DNA of 64,000 bases from Cyanophora paradoxa CCMP329 (Eukaryota; Plantae; Glaucophyta): assembly GCA_004431415.1 (NCBI GenBank), contig QPMI01000418.1:1-64000 (forward strand). Direction: 5' to 3'. The position numbers and the translations under genes are program-made. Below, in pieces: positions 42,838 to 53,830 of the stretch; the stretch's first letter is position 1; every line of letters starts with the position of its first letter. The notes under the pieces were generated by a model that saw only the letters and a program-made list of their open reading frames with translations, made no database searches and was not told where the DNA came from.

Positions 42838-45151
42838 GCCCGTGTACCCCATCGCCTCGAGTCCAGTAGCTGCAGCCCGTACCCCTCCTTCCGGACGGTT
42901 GCCAGTCGACGTCCGATCGCGAGTCGTGATCGCGAAATTTTGTTCGAGCTCTGTACCCCAGCGCATGCGAACCATATGCATGCTCTGGCGAGGTACTTCG
43001 TAGGAGATTTTAATTTGTGGAATTTATCAGGATACGTACCGCTTAAATTAAAGCCAGAAATTCGCGCGCTGGTGCCTCTCTGCAGCTCGCTGCCTCGGGG
43101 CGTGTACAGGGCTACTACACGCAAGGTACTGTACATGTAGTGCATGCATATGATCGAATGAAATTCCGGAACGGGCCGGGCGGGATTCTAAGGCGTGATT
43201 CTCAACGCAGGTAAGTTGAGCTTTTTAAAAAATTCTTTGGGACACGTGCCGTGGTGTATACGTCCATTTTTGCAAAACAATTAGTTGAGCTTTTTCTATC
43301 GTGAATAAATATCGTGAATAAATACGCGTATATATTGACATATGTAACATTATATGCGTTTCCCTTCGACTCGCCGCGCGCGGCGCGCGCCGTGACGCCC
43401 GGGCCGGCGGCCGCCCGGCGGCCGACCCGGCCGCTTCAATTTCGCGATCGTGATTCGCGATCGGTCCGGCAGCCTCCGGAGTCCGGCCGCGCGAGTCCGC
43501 GGCCGGCAGACGTACATGTACAGGCTGAGACAGCTGCAGCCTGCAGGCAGACGCCGTGACGTACAGGTGTTCCGTGTGGAAATGATAACCGTGTGGAAAT
43601 CACTTTTCCACACCAGGCCTCGTGTTGTTTTGATCATCATGGCATCCATGTGTCCTGGTGTGCCGGCTGTGCCTCGGCCGGAGTCGGCCCATGAGTCACA
43701 CGAGATCGATATCTGGCCAATGGGCGCGCACATCGATTCGATGTGCCGGCGCAAGCTGCCATGGGCTAGGCACGGCTAGCTAGCGCTAGCTAGGGCGCTC
43801 CTAGCTATAGCTAGCCGCGCGGGCTAGCAGCCGCTAGCTAGCCTCGAGCTCGGCGCTGTACGCGAGCCAGGAGCGCTCGCAGCCCGGAAGCAGCTACGTA
43901 TGCAGGCAGCGCGGGCGCACTAGCTAGGACAGCGCAGCAGGCTCGCTAGCTGGCGCGAGCCTCGCAGCGGCGGGCGGCTCGATATCAGGGGTGCGCGCGC
44001 GCGCGCTCGACGGCGCACGCGCGCGGCCCGGCGGCGTGCGCGCCACGAGGATCCGCGCGCCCAGGCCTAGGCCTGGCCTGCGTATGCAGCCCGCAGCGCC
44101 GGCCCCGCCCACCCCCCGCCGCCCCGGCATGCCCTGCAGCTCGCCCTGGGCTAGCGCTCGGGCACGTCCCGCGGCCCCCCCGGCCCGGCCCCTGACCCCC
44201 CACCAGCTGCGCATATGCATACAGCCTGCAGCGCCGGCCGGGCCCCACCCACCCCCCACCGCCCCCCGGCACGCCCTGGCCATGGGCCCCGGCACGCCCC
44301 GCGCACCCCCCCCCCCCCCCCCCCCCCCCCCCTGGCCCTGCCCCTGCGCGCGTGCACGCGCCCAGGGCCCTAAGCCCAGGCCTAGGGCAGCAGCTGTGCC
44401 GTCCCAGCTGCAGCTCAGCGCCGCCCGGCTGTGGGTCTGGATCTCCGCGGACCCCGCCCCGAGCCCGAGCGCTATATATATATATAGCCCAGGCCCCCGG
44501 GCACGGGCCCCTGGGGGCGCCCCGCAGCGCCGGCCCCACCCCGCAGCGCCGGCATGCCGGTCAGGCGGCGGAACCGGTGCAGGCGCGGTAATTCACCAAA
44601 AAAAAAGACATTTAGACGGGGATATCGATTAAGTTAGATGAGCCAAAGTTCTCGTCTATCCGCGCCTAATTATAACTTAATACCCGTCTAACATGATACC
44701 ATGACAGTATACGTATACGTAGTAGTCGCGTTCGAGGCTCTAGCTAGATCTGCGAGCCCGCGGGATATCGATTTTTGAAACTGCGTTATAGAGCTTCGGC
44801 TCGCTCTATCCGCGGCCGTTTTCCGGCTCGAGCCGGCTCAAGCCTCGAGCTCGGAGGCTGGGAGCGGGTTCGAGACAGGGGGGGCGAGCTAGCACAAGCC
44901 GGCAAGCCGGGGCTCGAGCCGCGGGGGGAGAGGCTAGGCGGCCTCTGACGTCAACAGCTCATTTCCAGCGCGCTCAAAAAATCTCAAATGAATACTATAG
45001 CGATGGGCATGCACGAGGATGCGAGGGCGCGCGGAAAGCTGTGCAGGTCCGTCCAGGATCGAATTTTCGGGGTCGGCTGGGTTCTCGCGGCCCGGCGCAT
45101 CTGCAAGGCGTGGGGAATGCATGTTCTACCGTAGTACATCTCAGATGCTTA

Positions 45152-45550
45152 CGCTACGAGTTCTGGGCCTTAGGCGCAGTTTCCGCCATACAAACTTTTT
45201 CCGAGTCAAGTCGATTGACTAAAACTCGGCCGAGTTTTAGACTGGGAACACCTTTTGACTCAAATTAGTACTGCGCTGGGACCGTCGAGGTCCCCGTACT
45301 AATTCGACTTGAAAATGCCAGTGTTTTCCGATTGGGCACGTGCCGGTATATTTCACATGCTATATAAAGGCTGCTGTTGGCAGTTACTGCTAACTTACTA
45401 GCCGGCGGTTACTAGGACTGTACCAGGAGGCTACTAGAACCTACCCGGTAGCTAATTTACATAAGGGCAAGATCTGCCAGCCGCTTCAGGCCCCTGGAGT
45501 TTGGCCCCAGTTCGCCAGGAAACTCCGCCTAAGGCCCATAACTCGTAGCG
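45152..45550. mobile_element. PIF/Harbinger (Tourist-like) MITE, 399 bp, inserted in a family A fragment
   Basis: ~35-bp TIR CGCTACGAGTT(C/A)TGGGCCTTAGGCG(C/G)AGTTTCC; TTA TSD; the empty site GATGCTTATGCTATT is seen in the family A copy at ~45977. Confidence 0.9.
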
Positions 45551-45829
45551 TTATGCTATTGTTCCGCCGTCCGACTCGACGATGTCGGACGGTCGCAGTC
45601 AGTGAAAATGTATATACTGATATATATACACGCCGTGACGCGCATGTATATGTATACGCATGTATATCATAGTATGTATACGCATATATATACGTCCTAG
45701 CTAGTAGCTACTAATACGGCGTCGACTCGGCGAGTCGGCGACTAGTACTCGGCGTCGACTCGGCGCGAGCGGGAAGGGAGGTCAGACGGAAAATGGGACG
45801 AGTTGCAATTAATTATATTGTGTTGAAGA

Positions 45830-46741
45830 GCTGCTTGCTAGCGATGGGCATGCGTGAGGATGCGAGGGCGCGAAGAAAGATGTGCAGGTCCGTCGTGGAT
45901 CGAATTTTGGGGGTCGGCTGGGTTCTCGCGGCCCGGCGCATCTGCAAGGCGTGGGGAATGCATGTTCTACATCTCAGATGCTTATGCTATTCTTCCGCGC
46001 ATGCGCCGCGGCGCGGGCGCGCGGAAAGATGTCCGGGCCTGTCCAGGATCGAATTTTTGCCGTCGGGGACCTTCCTGCGCTGTTCCGGCTCCGAAAAGCG
46101 GATTTCGGGGGTGCGCAGGCCCTGCTATGTCTATGCGCGCCAGTACGCATCGATTGCGCGCGTCGCGGGACGGGGCGGAACCGGCCGGATCAAATTTTCG
46201 GCCGACTCTTCGCACTGGAGCGTCGACGGCGCTTGAAATCGAGCTTGCGGCGATGCGCTCGCGCTCGCGCGTCATTCTGTATCATTCTGGGGAGTCCCTA
46301 GCGCGATTTTGGGGCGGGACCGGGCGGGACCGGGTCCCACCTTCTGACTCGCACTGCGTTTGTCGGATCCCGGAGGTTAAGTACCGGAATTAATATTGAT
46401 CCTGCATGGAGGGAAATTCGATTTTCGCGGGACGCCCACGGGAGAGCGGTCGTCTTAGGGGAGCCAGGACGCTAAACTTGAAAAATGGATCTAGCTATAG
46501 AGAGGTCTGTGGGGGTTCGGGGAGCTGTGTGATTTGTGTGTGATGGGGGAAGCGTCACGTCCGTGTCGAGGAAAAAGTATTAATTTTTCATGAGGAGGCT
46601 GGATAGGGAAATTATTTACAGGGGGGATGAAAAAATTCGGGTTCGAATCCGATCGGAATTTAGATCGTCGGTGACCGGGTCTGAGAAATAGGCTTCGCCT
46701 GAAAGAGGCTTCGCCTGATTCGCCTGAGAGGCTTCGTCTGA
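45830..46741 (-). repeat. Repeat family A, diverged inverted copy (also a fragment at ~45000-45150)
   Basis: Reverse-complement similarity to 26048-26900; ends with repeated AGGCTTCGCCTGA then TA. Confidence 0.9.
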
Positions 46742-47353
46742 TATAATTTACTGATTATTTTATTCGTTTTCATCCCTTTTCTGCGCCCCCTCCTCCCCCT
46801 TCTGACCCCACCACGGACCTTGCATTTCCGTCTCCAAGCTTCAAAAGGCTGCAGATTGCCTCTCAGAATGCTTATTATAATGTTATCTTAGTGCTTCGCA
46901 GCTTTGAACGCGTGTCTGTAGTGCGCGACGCACGGTAATGAGCTCGAGAATTTTCCAGGATTTTGTATGGTGGAATATTCCGGGAACGTTCTGGGAATAT
47001 TCCTCAAAATTTTCTGGTCCATTTCGGGGGGGTAAAATTTTGACAGCCCTGGCCGCTGAAGGCCCCAAGCCTCGGACTCGGAAACTCGCGATCGGCGGAG
47101 TTCCGACTAGGCGAGACCGTCGCAGTCCGAAAACTGACGGCAACTTACCCGGTTACCAGTACCGGTACTACTGCGGGTATAATAAGCCGTCTACTGAACT
47201 AATCCATATATATACTATACCTAGCGACTGAATTGAACTGAATCAGTGAGCGCTCGCTAGACCGTCGGACGACGCTAGTAGAGTCGCTATACTAGTACCA
47301 CGGTAGGCTATAGCTACCAGCTGCACTGCGGGCCAGTCTGCGGCAGTTACAGT

Positions 47354-47745
47354 TAGGGTTGCCGTGTCCGATGTCAATTGACATTGACATGTCGATGTCA
47401 GTTGACATGTCATGTCAATGTCCACGGGTCCGGGTTGACATGTCCATTGACATTTGGGGGGATACCCCTCCAAACAGGCTAAAACGCCTGCAAATCATGT
47501 TTAAAACATGTAAGCAGCACTCTGCAAGCGTTAGCAGCACGCTTCTGATGTTAGGAAGGAGGCAGAGGGCAGCGGGGAGTCGCTGAGGACCTCGCCCAAG
47601 CTGCCCCGCCGCCTCACTTTTGGAATATAATATAATATAATATAATATAATAATCAATGTCAGTTGACATGTCGGTTGACATGTCAAATGTCCGATGTCA
47701 ATGTCCACAGGGTAGACTGACATGTCAATTGACACGGCAACCCTA
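47354..47745. mobile_element. hAT-type MITE (392 bp)
   Basis: TIR TAGGGTTGCCGTGTC; 8-bp TSD GTTACAGT (47346-47353, 47746-47753); subterminal TGACATGTCA palindromes. Confidence 0.93.
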
Positions 47746-48039
47746 GTTACAGTACACTGAGTGCAGTCACTGCAGTATAGCGCTACATGTACATATTCAA
47801 TGATTTCGCTCTAGAGGCTAGCCTAGTAGAGCTCTGACGAATATGAATGTAATGTCGCACAGTGTGAACACTGTACAGAACACACTGCAGTGACTGACTG
47901 CACACTACTTAGTACTAGTGGATGCATGGTGACACAAATCCAGGAGCCGATGATCCCGAGCGCACAACGTCAACCCCGCAAATCCAGATTGCAGATTAAA
48001 CGGGGAGCGCCGATCGCGCGCGATCATAACGCCATTGCC

Positions 48040-51000
48040 ATGGCCAGCGCTAGCACAGCTCGGCTAGCGCTAACGCCTCTCTTGTTGGTGCTTCTCTCTA
48101 GTGTCTTAATCCCTGCTCTCGGACAAATTTCGGCGGACAGCACGCCGTCGGGAGTGCTGGCAGCGACTTCGACCCCTGCTTGGCTGAACATCACGTCCGA
48201 GAACGCCGCCGAAAGCTATGCAGACAGCCGTGCATGGTACGATTGATTTGACCATCGAAAACGCCATATATATGGGCGCTGAAAGATGTCGACGCTTGCA
48301 GGATCATCAAGGCCGCAGATGGCGAGGTTGTGCAGATAGAATTCGTTGCTCAACAGTACAAGGATGGCGTAAAAGCAGGCATGGGGTACCAGTCATACAA
48401 CGGAACAGGTGTCAGAGTGAGCTGTCCCGGGTCCCGACCGCAATTGCAATCGCAATCGCGGTTAACCTTCTGCGGTATATATAACCTTCTCACAGATCGT
48501 CGATTTCGGCGTCTCTCCGCCAGCTCTAATGACAATTGGCAGCAGCGTGAGGACCGATGGCACTGTGATCACATCTTCATCGCCCCACGTATTTGTGCAC
48601 ACGTGGCACATCTGGGCTACTTATAGTTTCGCGGCCCGCTATTGGAGCGTCTCAGCGGCCGGAAGTAAGCAGAATTAGACTCGCGCTCGCGAGAATTCGT
48701 TCCTCTAACATAAAGCTCGCTACTTTGCCAGCGACACCGTCGGCCGCGCCGGCGCTGGACGTTAGGACTATCATTGATGTGAACGGCGAAACGAAACGCA
48801 TTACGGAAAACCTCGTGACAAACTTCGATACCGCCAAGTACAGCACGTCGACCTCGATCAACTACGGCAGCACGTACACTCACGGCAGCTTTGGCTTTTG
48901 GTTCGCCCCGTTAACATTCGCGGTGTTCCTTCGAATTCTTTGCATTGCTGACGGCTCAGCAGGGTTCTAGAAGTGCCTACCGGCTGCACCCCCGACAGTA
49001 ACGTGACCCTCGCTTTCGACAAGATCGTCACGGAAGATGGCTGCGCCCCTGGGGTTTGTGATCCTGTGTGGGTGCGTGTCATCATGATCATCATTGAAAG
49101 TTCGTCGCTGAAAACCATCTCGTCACTGATGGTGATCATACGCATGACCACAATCAGGTTTACTCGATGACAGAGACGACTCTCACCAACTTGACGGGGC
49201 TTCTGGGCCTAGGAGGCACCGTCGAAGGAAACACCCTCCCGTTGTATGCCGCGGCGGGGTCCTCCGCAAAGATCGTTGTGGTTTTCCAGGCAGACGTCGC
49301 ATATCTCCCGGGCACAGCAGACAGGGACGAAAATCCTGGAGTCGGAGGCTTCAATGCCTCGTCCGTCGGTGCGATGCTCGACTCGATGCTTTCATATGGC
49401 ATGTTTAAATTAATATGCATATCTAATTTACCGATTTTCGGGCTAGTGAATTGCGTTCCAACACCTCCAACTCCAAGCCCGAGCCCGTCCCCAAGCCCGT
49501 CGCCCAGCCCGAGCCCGTCCCCAAGCCCGTCGCCCAGCCCGATGGCGAGTCCGAGCCCGAGCCCCAGCATGATCGATATTGCGACTCCTTCGCCCAGTCC
49601 CAGTCCAAGGTATTACATATATATCACGTTATAATTAAGCTCTCGCTCTCAGACCGCTGACGTTGCATTCCCGCGCCGCGGCAGCGCTAGTGAGGCTCCC
49701 ATTGCAACCCCCCGCCCCACTCCCACCTCGGCGCCGGCGCCCCCTGTTTCTGCACCCACGCCATCTCCGACCCCTATCCCGGCCCTGGTGCAATCGGTTC
49801 CAGAGTTCATTATCGACTATTAATCGTTTGCGCAGCCAATCTTCAGCTCGTCCACTGCCTCCGTGCTCGTGAACGGAAAAGCGGTTCGAATTTCACTTAA
49901 GCTTAAGCTTTTTTTGCGATTCCGCTTGGGCGCCAAATGAATTCGAGCCGCTGACTACTTGTCTTATCTATACATGAGCGCAGTTCAACGTGTCTGCATT
50001 CGTAAAGGACAAGGTGGTTACAATCCTTTCACTCGATTTTCGACCCCTCGAGAGCTCGCTCTAGATATGTTTCATGCTTAAGCTTCTTCGAATGTTAACA
50101 TGTACACGCGTATGTCCGCAGGACGGAAAAGGCCGCGAGATCTACAAGCTTACTCTCACGGAAGTTATTGCTCAGGCCCCTCAGGTACTTCGAGAAATAT
50201 TCATAATTAGAGACTCTAAGGTGGAGGACATCCATAACTTTGCTAACCGTTCGGGCTCTTTCAAAATTCAGAGCGGCTCTGTTGGATTCATCTCAGTCTC
50301 CCTCGGCAATTTCCCGTTGGTGCGCCCTCCGCGTGCATTTCAATTCCCCCCGAGGGCCTTATAATTACACGAACACGTACCACATGTACACAGCGCTGAC
50401 TGTCAGACTCTGTCGCGATCGCAGAACGGCCGTAAGACGCTGCTGGTCTTCATCACCGACAACGCCGGTAACAGCCGCCCTGCCTCCGACGTGAGCGTTG
50501 CGGAAACTGGCTCCGATGTCGTCGTGCGATTCAGTGCGTCGATTGCAAGCACCGTTAACGTTGATCGCGATTAATATTCTTATGTCGCTTCCGATTATCC
50601 CTGGTTTTTGACACGCACGCACGTGCACGTGTTCACATACAGAGGCACCCACGTTGTCGCGGCGTCATCTTCTGTTCGCGCTCAATACCCCGGTATATAC
50701 GTTTGATATTCCTGCACTTTTTGCACGTCTGCGTAAACATATTTTCTCATTCTGAACTGACCGCGCGCGCTGATCGCAGTACAACATCCAAATCGAGGCC
50801 GGCCCCGGAGAGGTTCCGTTCATTCCGGTGGTTTTCGCAAATGTGCGGTTTAAACTTCGATTACAATTATTTCGTTGCAAAAGCGCGATAGCAATTTCAA
50901 AGCCGGATCTATAGCTAATCTGCCTTCTGTAACGTGGCAGGCATTCAAGTGGACGCCGACTGGCTCGGCGACGAACGTTCCCTACTGTGAGACAATATTC

Positions 51001-51114
51001 AAATTATTTTCAATAATCTCCAGGGCAACCCTATCGCTAACGGGCCGAACGATTTCCTTTGCAGGGCCGAGCGCTGCGGCTCCATCGAGCTCGCCCATGG
51101 TGAACCTGTCTTAA
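48040..51114 (+). CDS. Host secreted/surface protein with central Ser-Pro repeat (HRGP-like), many small exons
   Basis: Signal peptide MASASTARLALTPLLLVLLSSVLIPALG; PTPPTP(SP)n at 49456-49610; numerous ~50-65 bp introns. Exon structure only partly resolved. Confidence 0.7.
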
Positions 51115-51614
51115 CTTCAATGAAACGATAAAATTCTCAATCTTACGTGTCGCATCCAGGGACTTGCCGGTCTGCTTCTCAGTGCCGCCGTTGCTTTCGC
51201 ACTCGGCGCGAGCCTCTACTAAGGCAAGAATAATAAATACAATAAATCTAACGTACAGCAACTTCATTTCACTTTCGCTTTCGTGTTTCGTTCTAGCTAT
51301 TGATAGCTTTAGAATAAAAAATATTAATGCTTTTTCCGCTGAGGAATTCGAATAAAAGGCCAGCGATAGTCGAAGTCAGCGCTATTCCACTGCTTGCCGA
51401 ACGCGCGCGAGGACGAACGGCCCCCCGGGCCCCTAGCTACGGCGTTTCTCGCGTGGGGACGGGCCGGGGGGCGGAGCGGGGCGGAGGGGCAGGAAGGGTG
51501 GGGGGTGGGGGGGGGTGGGGGGGGGCGAGGAGGGGGCGGGGGGCGGGGCGGGGCGGGCGGGCGGGCGGACCTCGAGCTCGCGCCAGCGCTGCGGAGGCGC
51601 GCGGCGTTGGCGTC

Positions 51615-52125
51615 GGCTTCGGGATCGAAAGAAGGCTTCGGGATCGAAGGATGGCTTCGGGATCGAAGGAGAGCAAGGGGCTACTTTTTTTTGCAAAAGT
51701 GGACGTCGCATTGATACACCACGGCACATGTATCAATGTTCTACGTGACGTGCCCTTCCGACCGGTCATGTCTAGCCGAAGGTGCTAGCTAGGTGCCGGC
51801 CATGGGTCGCTTAATATGGGACCGGAGGTCCTCCTGAGTGGGGGAGCCATGGTTTTCGGTGATAGCCGTAACCAGACCCGCGCGCCCACCCCTTGGCCAA
51901 CTCCTCCACGCCTCATGAGCCCTGGGAATTCGAAGGAGAGCAAGGGGCTACCATCGGCGGCGAGCTTGAAGGCCTTCTCGACGTCGAAGTCCTCGGCTTT
52001 GGGATCGAAGGACGGCTTCGGGATCGAACGAAGTCTTCGGGATCGAAGGATGGCTTCGGGATCGAAGGAGAGCAAGGGGCTACCATCGGCGGCGAGCTTG
52101 AGGGCCTCCTCGACGTCGAAGGCCT
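51615..52125. repeat. Short direct repeats GGCTTCGGGATCGAAGGA and a duplicated GGAGAGCAAGGGGCTAC unit
   Basis: Several 19-20-bp copies at 51615-51680 and 51925-52080; possibly a decayed minus-strand exon duplication (FDVExALKLAADGSPLLSF). Confidence 0.7.
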
Positions 52126-52950
52126 CGTACGTACGTATACGTGAGGCACGTCGCCGGCGGCCGCACCCGCGTCACCCGGATCGGGCCCCGGGCGTGGGTG
52201 CGCGTTCCGATCGCGACTCGGCGAGGGCGTGTGGGAGGGAGGAGGCCGCCGGGCTGAAGGCGGGGGGCGCCTCGAGCTCGTTTGATACCCCGATATAATA
52301 TTCCTGCGCTTTTTCACAGTTAATTATAATTTTATAATTATATAAGTTGCATCTGCAGCTGCAGGTACCGGTGGAGCTGCAGGTCAGATCCGATGATCAT
52401 TCATTCTCTCGCCGAGTCGCGCTGTGCTTCCACACGTATCATAGTACATGTGCGAACTTCGGATCGTCTCTAACTATGCCGCGGAGACCATGGCCGAGTC
52501 GGATGCCGCGTAGTGCCGCATGCGCAGGGCCGCGGTGGGCGCCGAGGGGGCGACGGGGTTTCCACGCTGCGGGGGCCGGGGCGAAGGGACCGGGGGAAAA
52601 GCGGGCCCGGGGGAAGGGGTGGGCCCGGGGGGGAGGGGCGGAGGGGGGGGGGGGAGGGGCGGGGGGAGGGGAGGGAAGGGGAGAGGGGGGGAGGGAGGGG
52701 GGGGCGGGGGGGGGCGGGGAGGGCGCCGTAGTGCGGGCACTGCGGCCCCTGACGTCCTCCTGCCTCCTGTCAAAGTCTATTCTTTCTCATCCCCTCAGGG
52801 CCTCGCATATTTCGCACAATAAATTCCGCACATTAAATAAGCTATAAGCTATAAGCTATAAGCTAGTACTTGCTCTCTCTATATATATAGCTTGCACTTT
52901 AGATCTCAGTCATGAATCCTTTGCTCGAGACTCTAGCAAGAGGAGATCTA

Positions 52951-53830
52951 TCAGGCGAAGCCTCTTTCAGGCGAAGCCTCTTTCTCAAACCCAAAAACCG
53001 CCGCCTCGTATTCATTTTTTAACCTTTTTTTCCACTCCAGATCCCCCCTACTAAATAATTTCCGTGTCGCGCTCCCTCGAGGCAGAATTATTAATTCTAC
53101 CTCGACACAGACGCGATTGCTGCTAGTCACACACCCACCCGAACCCCCACAGACCTCTCTAGATCCATTTATAGCGTCCTGGCTCCCCTAAGACGCCCGC
53201 TCGCCCGTGGGCGTCGCGCGAATATTTTCCCTCTGGATCAATTCCGGTACTTAACCTCCGACAAATGCAGTCCGGGTTAGAAGGTGGGACCCGGTCCCGC
53301 CCGGTCCCGCGACGAAATCGCGCCAGAGAGGCCCCAGAACGATACAGAATGACGCGCGAGGGCGAGCGCATCGCCGCAAGCTCGATTTCAAGCGCCCTCG
53401 ACACTCCAGTGCGAAGAGTCGGCCGAAAATTTGATCCAGCCGGTCCGGTCCGGTCCCGCGACGCGCGCGATCGATGCGTACTGGCGCGCATAGACATAGC
53501 AGGGCCTGCGCACCCCCGAAATCCGCTTTTCGGAGCCGGAATAGCGCAGGAAGGTACCCGACGGCAAAAATTCGATCCTGAACAGGCCCGGACATCTTTC
53601 CGCGCGCCCACGCCGCGGCGCATGCGCGGAACAATAGCATAAGCATCTGAGATGTAGACAAAGCCTTCCGCACGCTTTGCCGATGCGCGGGGCCGCGGGG
53701 ACCCAGCCCACCCCGAAAATTCGATCCTCTACAGACCTGCACATCTTAGTCGACGTCGGCCGAAAATTTGATCCAGCCGGTCCGGTCCGGTCCCGCGACG
53801 CGCGCGATCGATGCGTACTGGCGCGCATAC
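52951..53830 (+). repeat. Repeat family A copy with an internal partial duplication
   Basis: Same TA|TCAGGCGAAGCC terminus; 53755-53828 repeats 53418-53491. Confidence 0.9.
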
